Source: a virus
Strand: one strand, 5' to 3'
DNA length: 64,000 nucleotides
IMG/VR virus record: IMGVR_UViG_3300025584_000449
Coordinates: 64,001 to 128,000 of that record
Shown here: in pieces, positions 54,996 to 64,000 of the stretch
Layout of the letters: every line of letters starts with the position of its first letter
Position numbering within the stretch: position 1 is the first letter of the stretch
The notes under the pieces: model-generated
What the model saw: only the letters and a program-made list of their open reading frames with translations
What the model was told of the DNA's origin: nothing
The model's database searches: none
Made by a program: the position numbers and the translations under genes

Positions 54996-55811
54996 TTAAT
55001 CTTCTTGCATATGTATTTGTAATTTAGTTTTGCGATGATTCATCTGCAACTTTTCAATTACTTGTTTTTTAATTTGTCTTATACGTTCTCTAGTTAATCC
55101 AAAATCATCACCGACTTCTTCTAATGTATAATTACGTATCTCTCCGATACCAAAGTACATTTTAATTATCTGCTGTTCACGTTCGGTAAAATCTTTTAAA
55201 ATATCTAGAATATCATCCGTTAAATATTCACGCTCAACATCTGTGCTAGGAGGGTCATCTGAGCTAGGAATTATTTCATGGATGTTTGTTCCTTCTTCTG
55301 TTTTCTTATCAATGTCTACATAGTGAAACAATAATGAATTTATATCATCGAAGATTTCATGTTGTTGTAGTTCATGATGTAGTTCATCAAAAGATGGGTC
55401 TCTGCCTAAAGTTTGTTCTAAACTACTTTTGATTTTATTTATCTTACCAACTAGGCCGATCTTGTTAGCCGGTAATCTAATAAGTCTTGCATTTTCATGA
55501 ATAGCATTAATAATAGATTGTCTAATCCACCACACCGCATAAGTAATAAACTTAAACGATTTAGATGTATCAAACCTATCTAACGCTTTCATAAGTCCTA
55601 AATTACCCTCACCAATTAAGTCTTCTAATTGAATACCTTGGCCTTGATACTGTTTAGCGACACTTACAACAAAACGCAAATTAGCAGTGATTAGTTTATT
55701 CTTTGCATGTTCGTTTCCAGCTTGTGCTTTTCTTGCAAGTTCTAATTCTTCTTCTTTAGTCAGAACTTTATTGTTTTTGATTTCGTTTAAATATTGCGTT
55801 AAGGCTGACAT
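54996..55811 (-). CDS. RpoD-like sigma70 factor lacking region 1.1
   Basis: NLRFVVSVAKQY, DLIGEGNLGL, TYAVWWIRQSI, LTRERIRQI. Confidence 0.92.
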   Translation of the reverse strand: MSALTQYLNEIKNNKVLTKEEELELARKAQAGNEHAKNKLITANLRFVVSVAKQYQGQGIQLEDLIGEGNLGLMKALDRFDTSKSFKFITYAVWWIRQSIINAIHENARLIRLPANKIGLVGKINKIKSSLEQTLGRDPSFDELHHELQQHEIFDDINSLLFHYVDIDKKTEEGTNIHEIIPSSDDPPSTDVEREYLTDDILDILKDFTEREQQIIKMYFGIGEIRNYTLEEVGDDFGLTRERIRQIKKQVIEKLQMNHRKTKLQIHMQED

Positions 55812-55888
55812 TAAGTTCTTTCTATTTTAATATATAAAAAAGAGGAGCCATTTCTGACTCCTCTTCATGGGCCTATAGGTTGTTTATT

Positions 55889-56164
55889 TTACTTTCTCTT
55901 CTTAGTAACTTCAGGCTTTCCGCCATTAGTAGCAGCTTTATGAGCACTATATAGCATAGTACCACCGCCACCTAGTAAGAACGCATCAGTAAGCAGCGCT
56001 TGCATTTGTACGCCTTGTTCTGATCCCCAGATACCGGCAACTAATGCGCCAAGTGCAAATGGGATTAAAGGCCACAATCTCTTAGGAACAGCGCTTTTTA
56101 CATAGTTAGTAACAATAGGAATACCAACCACGGCAATCGCATAAATTGAGTCAAAGTCTAACAT
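55889..56164 (-). CDS. holin-like membrane protein
   Basis: hydrophobic helices, basic C-terminus; start probably upstream (MENNKLC). Confidence 0.5.
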   Translation of the reverse strand: MLDFDSIYAIAVVGIPIVTNYVKSAVPKRLWPLIPFALGALVAGIWGSEQGVQMQALLTDAFLLGGGGTMLYSAHKAATNGGKPEVTKKRK

Positions 56165-56263
56165 AATTTGTTATTTTCCAATATGTTATAAGTTCGTTAC
56201 CTACAGGTAACGTAGGAAGTTATTTCCTTAATCAATATAGTATATTATACTTGATTAGTCAAG

Positions 56264-56860
56264 TTAAAAATTAAAAGAAAATACGGGTGGACTAGTGTCA
56301 AATCTATGCCAATTAAGGATATACTGAGATCCTATCACAGCCACAATTTTATTTCCTTGTTGGATGATATCATTATCTAGCTCAAACTGTAGCTGACAAC
56401 TTCCATCTTCCGCATCCTCTGGACCTAATGTATCTAACATTTTTTCCAAAGTATTCTTTTCAGATGTAGTAAAGGCAGCTATTGTTCTACCTTCTGATCT
56501 TAAATCGATCCAATGGGTTCGACTATAAACATGACAATATTCAAATAAGAGCCGCCTGAACTTTGGGTTGTCCACGGCACTTACAATACAATCATATCCG
56601 TATAAATCTCTTTCATCTGTAATTCTTTTTTCTAAAGCTTTAAACCCATATCTAGCATGTAATACTGCTGCTTTAGGGTCCATTATATCTTCGTCTTCAA
56701 AATTTTGATAAGAAATATTTTTTGCTTCTACGTGGTCATCGTCTGCTATAGTTATTTCTACGTTACTGTCAGGTAATTGTTCCCAACAAATTAAGTCGTA
56801 TAAATTAGCAGCAAGCCAACTTCCTATTCCACCAGCACCTACAATTAATATTTTTTTCAA
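56264..56860 (-). CDS. E1-like/ThiF-family adenylating enzyme
   Basis: IVGAGGIGS, DDDHVEAKN..Q, SAVDN..R, candidate catalytic Cys in GSCQ. Confidence 0.9.
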   Translation of the reverse strand: MKKILIVGAGGIGSWLAANLYDLICWEQLPDSNVEITIADDDHVEAKNISYQNFEDEDIMDPKAAVLHARYGFKALEKRITDERDLYGYDCIVSAVDNPKFRRLLFEYCHVYSRTHWIDLRSEGRTIAAFTTSEKNTLEKMLDTLGPEDAEDGSCQLQFELDNDIIQQGNKIVAVIGSQYILNWHRFDTSPPVFSFNF

Positions 56861-57312
56861 GTTACTAGTTCTCTTTCATCTATGTCATGACATATAGCTG
56901 GTACCCACATAAGATGTTCCCGATCACCATTATAATAGTAAACACCAAAGGTCTTATATTTAGGAGAATATATAATGTATATTCCCTTATAACCGGCCTC
57001 TCGAACGTCTGTTATTGAGGGATATGGTTTGTTATTAGGATGTGTATGGTACACCCCTATAAAATCATACTTAGCATCATCGTTATAATGAGTGGTCTCT
57101 TTTATAACATTTAACCATTCTTCTGGGTGAGGCTGGTAATCTTCTTTACCATTGAGTCCTGCTATTACATTGGTAAGTGGTATAAACTTTTCTATGTGCC
57201 ATTCGTTTTTGATTTTAGTGCCGATAAAAGCCCCGCACACCTCGTGCACGGGGCTTGAATCGCCATATATTTTTAACTCCTGAACTATCTCAGGAGTAAT
57301 GAAAACTTCCAT
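56857..57312 (-). CDS. JAB/MPN+ metallo-isopeptidase
   Basis: EVCGAF and YHTHP....PS.TD JAMM motif. Confidence 0.9.
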   Translation of the reverse strand: MEVFITPEIVQELKIYGDSSPVHEVCGAFIGTKIKNEWHIEKFIPLTNVIAGLNGKEDYQPHPEEWLNVIKETTHYNDDAKYDFIGVYHTHPNNKPYPSITDVREAGYKGIYIIYSPKYKTFGVYYYNGDREHLMWVPAICHDIDERELVT

Positions 57313-57536
57313 TAGCCACCAATTAGTGTGTTAGCTAAAGTGATGTCTTCAGCATTTAAAAGATCTTCAATGCCCACAGTGTCAGGATTAACCTGACGGC
57401 CATCTACATAAGCCCACTTACTGTTGTTTGTGCATTGCTCTTGCAACTCTGCAAGGGCCTCTGCACCAGTGCCTTGAAACTCTGTGTGACCTTCAGCGGA
57501 TACGATCTTTAATGTGATTTCTTTTTCTTTTGCCAT
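57312..57536 (-). CDS. ubiquitin-like (beta-grasp) protein ending in GG
   Basis: 74 aa; WAYVDG, DITL..LIGG-stop; between large ORF and JAB. Confidence 0.8.
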   Translation of the reverse strand: MAKEKEITLKIVSAEGHTEFQGTGAEALAELQEQCTNNSKWAYVDGRQVNPDTVGIEDLLNAEDITLANTLIGG

Positions 57537-57551
57537 AGTTTTTCTCTTTAT

Positions 57552-59930
57552 TTAAAGTGTAGTTATTTCTTTTGCTACTAAGTCATCGTTGTGTAGTGCA
57601 TATAATCTATTTACTAGCCTATCCATACCAACTTGAGCAGCATTTCCTTTATCAACAATACAAATATACTTTCCAGAATTGTAGTCAAAGACCTTGCAAT
57701 CATTGTGATTATTAGAGTCAGGCTCTAATGATCCTTTTTCAACAAAGTAAGTTCTTATTTTGCCTTTTATTTTATACCCTTTGACTCTTCCTCTAGTGGT
57801 GTCTTTTGTTTCCTCTGTTAATTTAAATAACTTAATGGTGTCAGTTAGTAGTTCCTGACTCTTCTTTAAAGCTTCAACATAAGCTTTTCGTCCAGCAGTT
57901 ATAATATCTTTAACATCGTCTACGGTTACACCCTCTACTATTTTTTCATTAAGTAGTAGATCTACCACATCTAAAATACTTCTTTTATTTGATATTGTCA
58001 AGAATCTATTTGTATTACGAATTCTGTATGAGTTCCCATCTAGAACCATAGAGGTTGTACGACCTTTTCTAGTAATCGGGAATTTTATAGAGAATTGATT
58101 GTAATTATTATGTCCTGGAGATGACCCCATTACATCACTTACTCCACTAATATTAATACCACGGTGCAGTAATTTATGTAATTTTAACGAACATTTTCTA
58201 ACCGAGTCTAGGAAATAATCGAAGTCCTCCTGGGTCTCAAAGCACAAAGCTCGCTCGAGACATTCATCAACTTCATTCTTATTAATACGATTTTCATTAA
58301 TGTAGTATCTTGTAGAGGTCACACCTCTTGTAGAGGTGGATGATTTTATCTCAAGATTAAAATTAACGTTACCTATTGTACCAGCGGTGCTCTTACTACC
58401 CAGACTTAAATAACTTAAAAATGTTGCGTAAACAAGATCCCAGTCAATGGAATTAGGATCTGTGTTTCTTAACATCTTATCAAATACATCATTAAGCCAT
58501 CTGTCGTGCCCTGTATAGGTATTCTTATCAATAGAAAGTGTTTGTCCTGCGTAACTAATAGAGTCCTCAGTTATATCAATACCGTTTAATTTAGTTTTCT
58601 TTATTGTTTCTAAATTATTAATAACTTTGGTTATCTTCTTAGTCATTATGTTTTTACTTTGAACTACTTTTTGAGTGCGTTCTTCTTTTTTCATGTGCAG
58701 TCTCAAGATAGTATTCAAAGTACCATTATCTAAAACAACAACTCTATCTTCACTAGCCTTTGTCTTTAGATAATTTTCGATTATTACTTTATTAAGCATA
58801 ACCGGGGCAGGGTCTGTTAATACAGCTTCACCCAGCGTTAGTAATGGGTCATCATTACCTCTATTTGCCACAGTACCATCAGGACCAAGCTTGTAATATA
58901 CTAAGTGTCCAGCATCAGCGTAGTCATACCAAGAACTAGTTGCTTCTACTTTAAACCAACTAAAGTAATCTCCTGCACAAAATTCTGCTGCGTTATGAAT
59001 TCGTGGAGTGTTGTAATAAGGAAATGTACTTGAGCTACCGACTACACAATATCTAGTGTTATGATGTTCATATACTGAATGTATGTATCTAAACTTGTTA
59101 TTTTCTTTTAATAACTCTAGTTGCTCAGGAGTAGGCTCTTTAGTAGTAATCTTATCAAAGTTTGTTGTATAAGATTCTTTTAAAAATAAATCTATCTCAT
59201 TTATCTTTAATCCAGAAGCGTTAGAATTATATCCACGCCTGCTGCTTAAGAGCCAATTACCAAAACTATTTATTGGCAGAGTTGAGTCTTTGCCAAAATA
59301 AAAGTTTTTTGTATAAGATAGAGCAACCTGTGCATTACTAAAATGACAGGTACCCAATAACTGAAATTTATTATTGTTCTCTCCGTACCCTCTGTTTCTA
59401 TCTAGAAATGAGTTATAACTGGAGAATCGTTCTTGAATTTTACTTATCTTTTCAAGATCAGCTAGATCTGTATCCTTTAATGAATCAATAATAAAGGTGT
59501 CTTTATCAGTAATAATAGGACAGTTACTTCCATAGTTATTAGTCTTTGTCAATGAATAAAAGAATTTTATCTTTCCTTTAGGTATCATCTTATTTATACT
59601 TTTAACTTGCTCTTCTGGCAAAGTTTCAAAAAGTTCACCTATGTCTTGATTAATTTCTTTTGCCCAATCGTAATTAGCTATAGCAGTTGTTACGTCACCC
59701 TGTGAAGTAAAGTTATAGTCATTATCCAGTAAAAACTGATGGTAAGCTAACATTTTTCCTGTATTAAATAAAAACCCTATATGACTTCTTAAACTACTAT
59801 CCCCAGACTGTAATACTGGGCTTGACTTAAACTTAAACGAGGTCTTTTTAAGTAAGTCATAGTCTGCTTCTTCAAATCCTAGATCATATAATGCGTTTAT
59901 TACTTTTAATCTACCGGACGGTATTCTCAT
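57552..59930 (-). CDS. 792-aa hypothetical protein heading the Ubl operon (candidate E2-containing or substrate)
   Basis: co-oriented, 15 nt from Ubl; C-terminal SGKYICIVD. Confidence 0.65.
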   Translation of the reverse strand: MRIPSGRLKVINALYDLGFEEADYDLLKKTSFKFKSSPVLQSGDSSLRSHIGFLFNTGKMLAYHQFLLDNDYNFTSQGDVTTAIANYDWAKEINQDIGELFETLPEEQVKSINKMIPKGKIKFFYSLTKTNNYGSNCPIITDKDTFIIDSLKDTDLADLEKISKIQERFSSYNSFLDRNRGYGENNNKFQLLGTCHFSNAQVALSYTKNFYFGKDSTLPINSFGNWLLSSRRGYNSNASGLKINEIDLFLKESYTTNFDKITTKEPTPEQLELLKENNKFRYIHSVYEHHNTRYCVVGSSSTFPYYNTPRIHNAAEFCAGDYFSWFKVEATSSWYDYADAGHLVYYKLGPDGTVANRGNDDPLLTLGEAVLTDPAPVMLNKVIIENYLKTKASEDRVVVLDNGTLNTILRLHMKKEERTQKVVQSKNIMTKKITKVINNLETIKKTKLNGIDITEDSISYAGQTLSIDKNTYTGHDRWLNDVFDKMLRNTDPNSIDWDLVYATFLSYLSLGSKSTAGTIGNVNFNLEIKSSTSTRGVTSTRYYINENRINKNEVDECLERALCFETQEDFDYFLDSVRKCSLKLHKLLHRGINISGVSDVMGSSPGHNNYNQFSIKFPITRKGRTTSMVLDGNSYRIRNTNRFLTISNKRSILDVVDLLLNEKIVEGVTVDDVKDIITAGRKAYVEALKKSQELLTDTIKLFKLTEETKDTTRGRVKGYKIKGKIRTYFVEKGSLEPDSNNHNDCKVFDYNSGKYICIVDKGNAAQVGMDRLVNRLYALHNDDLVAKEITTL

Positions 59931-59949
59931 ATATTTCTTTTTTTCTTTT

Positions 59950-60315
59950 TTAGTTTTTAAGGATACTTAGTACTAAGAATCCATTATCGTCATTATCTGC
60001 GTTTACCTCTTTACCTATTAATTCCTGTAATGAGTTAACTTCGTAGAATTTAATTAATTTCGCTAACCCAGTATAACTGGATAGTTCTCCATCGTCATTT
60101 ATATTGATCCAAAGTCCTGCTTTTTTAGATTCTCCACGATCCTCTAGAAGAAGGTCACTAATCTTGAACTCTCTTCCTTCTGCATCGCGGACTGTAAAAA
60201 TGGCTTTACTGCTAGGACCACTCGGTAAATTAACTTCTTCTTGGTCAATATTTATGACTGTTACTGTCTTATTGGAGCGTCCTACTCCAATGTTTAAAAA
60301 ATCTTTATCGTTCAT
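59950..60315 (-). CDS. hypothetical protein
   Basis: 121-aa ORF, coupled overlap. Confidence 0.55.
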   Translation of the reverse strand: MNDKDFLNIGVGRSNKTVTVINIDQEEVNLPSGPSSKAIFTVRDAEGREFKISDLLLEDRGESKKAGLWININDDGELSSYTGLAKLIKFYEVNSLQELIGKEVNADNDDNGFLVLSILKN

Positions 60316-60683
60316 TTATTATTATCGGTTTGATTATTAAAGAAAGGGCCTGCTAATTGCACAGCGTTTTGTCTAGTTGAATTAATGCACGCCATCATAG
60401 TGTCTGCGATAGCTTTAATTAGCTCTGCACCCTGATACTTCTTATGCAAAGTAATAGCTATATTTCTGGTAGTTTCTTCAAGCTCTGCCTGTAGTGCTTG
60501 GTTGCAAACACAGTTCTGAGGAGATCTGCGAGCTTCAAACAGGTCCTGCTTGGTTAACTTTGAAGTAAACTCTGAGTGGCCACATTTGAAACAGGAAGGG
60601 TTCTGATCCCTAACACATGTTTCAATATAATGAATGTGGTCACACTTTTTGCACTTGATGTAACGAATTTTTAGTTCATGCAT
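60312..60683 (-). CDS. Zn-ribbon hypothetical protein
   Basis: CKKC..CFKC; start revised to MHELK. Confidence 0.55.
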   Translation of the reverse strand: MHELKIRYIKCKKCDHIHYIETCVRDQNPSCFKCGHSEFTSKLTKQDLFEARRSPQNCVCNQALQAELEETTRNIAITLHKKYQGAELIKAIADTMMACINSTRQNAVQLAGPFFNNQTDNNK

Positions 60684-60782
60684 TGTACGAATTAAGTCCT
60701 TTATAAATGTAAAAATAAGGGAGAGAAGCAATTTGCTTCTCCCCCGTTCAATATAAAACTAAGCGATGTCGCCTAGTTATTC

Positions 60783-60792
60783 TTCTTATACC
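60783..60792 (-). promoter_or_regulatory. GGTATAAGAA promoter-like motif
   Basis: exact 10-mer after RNR, upstream of the operon containing Ubl/JAB/E1. Confidence 0.65.
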
Positions 60793-60800
60793 AAAATAAC

Positions 60801-62762
60801 CTAAGTTGTTATTGTACAGTTATCTCCATCGCAATATTTCAATCCTTTGCCATCAATATTAATTGAACTGAAGTCTAATTCTTTTAAGTTACTCTTCATT
60901 TCAATATATTGTTCCTTGGTAATAGCTTCGTATGGAGCCTGCTCATATGAATGAGTACCTAACGGTAAGAAAGACGCACTCTTTAAACGAGTTTCATATA
61001 ACTCAAGTGCGCGAGGGAGATCTTTCTTTTCATTCTCTTGAAATGTGATAGTATTACTAACTGCATTGTCCGCCCAGTACTGCTGGTATTGCGCAGTATT
61101 TTCTAACTGTTCCCACAGAGTTACATCATATTTAGATTTCTCATAAAATTGTTCCTCTACTGGGAACTCTACAACTAAGGTTTTCCCACCTGAGTCATAT
61201 ACGTCATCTTCAATTTTATATCCAGCTTCCCTTAGTATGGGGATTAGCTCTGAAGTATTAGAGAATCTAATACGTCTAATATAATACTTATTTTCTGGAT
61301 AATGTATACCAGGAGTGGCTCCACATAAAAGAGATACCGTACCAGATGGTTTTACTGTAGTAATTTTCTTACTAGTCGGAATAGCCATCCAGTCAGAGAA
61401 GATTTTATCAAGCTCTCTTAGATGCTTGTAAGATTCGTCGCTCCATTTTAACATCTCTCTGCGACCATGTTTACGGAACGCCTGTATAATACCTGATTGT
61501 GATACACCTATGCGTCTGTTCTTAAGCATCTTGGCATTAGTCTCTGGCCAATGTGTTTTAGCTAGAGTCATAGTCTTTGCATATAAATAAGCTAGCTTAA
61601 GTGTGCGTTTATACTCAGCCAAAGTTTCATGATTAGCTGGGAAGGTTTCTACTAGATTACATAGTTCACCTGATTCGAGGAAGATTTCCCCACAAGGATT
61701 AACACCCATAACAAAAGAATCATCACACCACTCGCCCATACGACCATTCCATCTTGCGTTCTCTAACCACAGATACCCAGGCTCACCTTGTTTTATTGTA
61801 TTTTTAGTAGCCTCTGAATAGTCCATGCCTATCGTACAAGCTATAGCATTATTACTTCCATACCTATGTGACTTTAATTTTTCTTCATCATGCTTTAGTT
61901 CCATATACTCTTTATCTAATGGGTCACCTAAAGCTAGAGCAGCAGAACGTCTTACATTACCAGCTATTACACATTTCGAAATATAGTTTTCTATGTCTAC
62001 TATATCACTAGAAGTAATTTCTTCACCTTCACGGCCTTCAAAATGTTTTTGAATAGTAGTATGTAAAACTATTAATGGTTCTGGGCCACTAGCAGTACCA
62101 CCAAATCCTTTAATAGGCTCTCCATAAGCTCTTATTTGATCATACTCAAATGTAGGTAATGGGCCACCATTAAAGTAGGCATTTAGAATTAATCCTACAG
62201 ATTCAACCCACCCTTCTCTAGTATCAGGAATACTATATACTAATCCGTTAGTTATTTCTGGAGTTTGTATCTCTAATTTCCCTGTTCCTAAAGTATCGAA
62301 TCCTACTCCCACTCCAAGCATTAACGCGTCCATTATAAATTCATAAATTTCAGGCCCACGTTTAGCTATGTCGTTTGTACTAATCATGGCGCAGTTAAAC
62401 AAAGCTGCTGCTGTTTTATTTTCTGCATAATTAGTTCCGTTAGCCCATAGCCCTCTACCGGCAGGTAGAAACCTAAAGTCCCACATTGCCCGGTACATAG
62501 CTTGTGCGGTTCTTTGGGCTTGGACATTATTCCAGCTTAAACTATTTTTTATAATATGCGTTTTTTGCATATTAAATGTACCCTCTACCACACGTCTTAA
62601 AGTATCACAGAATTCTTCTGTTGTCCCATCATCTCTTTTTCTGGCGTAAGTTCGTTTGTATGTTACGTACCCAAGTGGTCCCCACTTAGGTTGACTACCT
62701 TTAAACTCGTCTATAAAAGTGTCAGATAGATAAAAAGCTCTATGCTGAGTCGGTTGAACCAT
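60801..62762 (-). CDS. nrdJ: class II (B12-dependent) ribonucleotide reductase, monomeric RTPR type
   Basis: NPCGE..L...ELCNLVE, TTVKPSGT, C-terminal CDGDNC; uninterrupted. Confidence 0.92.
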   Translation of the reverse strand: MVQPTQHRAFYLSDTFIDEFKGSQPKWGPLGYVTYKRTYARKRDDGTTEEFCDTLRRVVEGTFNMQKTHIIKNSLSWNNVQAQRTAQAMYRAMWDFRFLPAGRGLWANGTNYAENKTAAALFNCAMISTNDIAKRGPEIYEFIMDALMLGVGVGFDTLGTGKLEIQTPEITNGLVYSIPDTREGWVESVGLILNAYFNGGPLPTFEYDQIRAYGEPIKGFGGTASGPEPLIVLHTTIQKHFEGREGEEITSSDIVDIENYISKCVIAGNVRRSAALALGDPLDKEYMELKHDEEKLKSHRYGSNNAIACTIGMDYSEATKNTIKQGEPGYLWLENARWNGRMGEWCDDSFVMGVNPCGEIFLESGELCNLVETFPANHETLAEYKRTLKLAYLYAKTMTLAKTHWPETNAKMLKNRRIGVSQSGIIQAFRKHGRREMLKWSDESYKHLRELDKIFSDWMAIPTSKKITTVKPSGTVSLLCGATPGIHYPENKYYIRRIRFSNTSELIPILREAGYKIEDDVYDSGGKTLVVEFPVEEQFYEKSKYDVTLWEQLENTAQYQQYWADNAVSNTITFQENEKKDLPRALELYETRLKSASFLPLGTHSYEQAPYEAITKEQYIEMKSNLKELDFSSINIDGKGLKYCDGDNCTITT

Positions 62763-63189
62763 ATCCCTTTGTTCCCCTATCTGTTTTCGACAATTCGTCT
62801 GTTTCCTTTAAAGTAATTTCGGGAACAGGTAATATAACCATTTGAGCTATACTTTCTCCCTCTTCGATAATAAGTGGATATGGTCCTGTATTATTTAATA
62901 TAATACCTATCTCTCCACGGTATTCAGAGTCTATGACTCCTGCTTTAACTTTTAAAGTGGTAGTTGACCCCAGACCACTTCTATCGTGGAGTTGTCCATA
63001 CCATCCTTTTGGTATTTCTACAGCAATGCCTGTTTGTAAAACTTTAGTCGAATGTCCTGTTAATCTGTATTTATATAATGCACAAAGATCTATACCTGCT
63101 GAGGTGTCATATCCTTTTTGCGGTGCTTTTGCTTTATTATCCAATAACTTATATTTAATTACAAGTTTTTTATTTTTTTGTTCAGCCAT
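62740..63189 (-). CDS. dut: trimeric dUTPase
   Basis: SAGIDL, RSGL, GVIDSEYRGE, IAQMV, RGTKGYGST. Confidence 0.95.
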   Translation of the reverse strand: MAEQKNKKLVIKYKLLDNKAKAPQKGYDTSAGIDLCALYKYRLTGHSTKVLQTGIAVEIPKGWYGQLHDRSGLGSTTTLKVKAGVIDSEYRGEIGIILNNTGPYPLIIEEGESIAQMVILPVPEITLKETDELSKTDRGTKGYGSTDSA

Positions 63190-63468
63190 TTACTTTACTT
63201 TCTTTAATAGCACTACTGCTAAAATTTCTTTTACGTCTAATAACATTGGGTATCTTACACAAGGCCCTATCACTTCTTCTGAAAGTTTAGGATCTTTTGT
63301 TTGATCAAAAGGTATAAGTGTAAATATTCCTTCGTCATTTATATTTGCAAGTTCCCCTACATAGGCAACTGCGATATTTACTTTTAGTACTGGCTGAATT
63401 ATACAGCCTACATGTTCTTTAGTAATCATAATATATCTTTGAGATACTCGTTGATCTCTACTAACCAT
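63190..63468 (-). CDS. hypothetical protein
   Basis: probable start at MITKEH. Confidence 0.5.
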   Translation of the reverse strand: MVSRDQRVSQRYIMITKEHVGCIIQPVLKVNIAVAYVGELANINDEGIFTLIPFDQTKDPKLSEEVIGPCVRYPMLLDVKEILAVVLLKKVK

Positions 63469-63881
63469 TCTTTTTTAAATTCGGTAATTGGTATAGACTT
63501 TCTTGTTTCACGTTCCCAGTATCTTATAATAAGATCCATTGGAACTATAAAAGCCTTTGACTCATACAGTGTAGTAAAATGAATTAGAAAAAACGCTACC
63601 CCACCAAGTTTATTTGCATACTTTAAATACTCGTATTGGTGCTGGTGTATATTTTTTAGTGGAAATGATGTTTTACTTTTAGTTTCTTTAGCATCGTATG
63701 CTATAAACTTTCCACCTTTTAATATTCCTACAAAATCTACTGTAGACTTTTGTGGGATTGCTCCATGTTTAGTTATAGTTATACCCGTTGGTACTTTTAA
63801 TATTAAAGCTTCGTCTGCTTTTCTATAACTGATGTTTGCTTTATTAGCAGCCTTCTCTAATTCATTACCACGTAGTGCCAT
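63426..63881 (-). CDS. recU: RecU-like Holliday junction resolvase
   Basis: RG..LE, KSTVDF.G, DAKET, FPL.NI..HQ. Confidence 0.9.
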   Translation of the reverse strand: MALRGNELEKAANKANISYRKADEALILKVPTGITITKHGAIPQKSTVDFVGILKGGKFIAYDAKETKSKTSFPLKNIHQHQYEYLKYANKLGGVAFFLIHFTTLYESKAFIVPMDLIIRYWERETRKSIPITEFKKEWLVEINEYLKDIL

Positions 63882-64000
63882 ATTAACCCAATTCTTTTAT
63901 AATCATTATTTAGAATGTACTAACTTCCAGCCGTTTTGTACAGCTTTTTCTACACAATTATCTCTAATAATTGTATGATTATTTTTATCTCGGTTAACCC

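Noticed and set aside
60801-62762. Intein or intron in RNR (and terL)
   Set aside because: Both ORFs have normal lengths and contiguous motifs; no intein splicing motifs seen.
1-64000. Many short opposite-strand ORFs in the supplied track (e.g. 11730..12056, 13586..14020, 33054..33440, 44725..45066, 62933..63304)
   Set aside because: Fully overlap well-supported genes on the other strand and lack motifs or RBS.
1-64000. Stop-codon reassignment as in some large phages
   Set aside because: Conserved genes read intact in the standard code, and TAG/TGA terminate genes at normal junctions (e.g. sheath TAG, 44736 TGA); the two breaks found are an intron and frameshifts.

Overview
This is an AT-rich segment of a large tailed dsDNA bacteriophage with a contractile tail (myovirus); standard genetic code, no cellular housekeeping operons. 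Layout: (i) 1-9.7 kb, small minus-strand accessory genes including six tandem Lar-like Cys-rich paralogs, plus a ~0.8 kb non-coding region with three IHF-consensus sites; (ii) 9.8-31 kb, plus-strand virion genes and Lys-rich putative virion-cargo genes (ART-like, HExxH peptidase, a 981-aa amidase/glycosyltransferase polyprotein) interleaved with self-contained promoter-ORF-terminator cassettes, an RNA ligase and a phosphoesterase; (iii) 31-52.4 kb, packaging, head, neck and tail genes (terminase, prohead protease, scaffolds, MCP, fibres, sheath, tube); (iv) 52.4-64 kb, minus-strand replication/metabolism genes (family A DNA polymerase split by a group I intron with an HNH endonuclease, RpoD-like sigma factor, class II RNR, dUTPase, RecU) with a ubiquitin-like operon (large protein, Ubl-GG, JAB, E1/ThiF). 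Top candidates for new biology: the phage-encoded ubiquitin-like conjugation cassette, and a K-x-A motif that appears to mark head-protein cleavage sites and modular membrane-anchored cargo polyproteins. Functional calls rest on motifs recognised by eye; no database search was run. The host is unknown.
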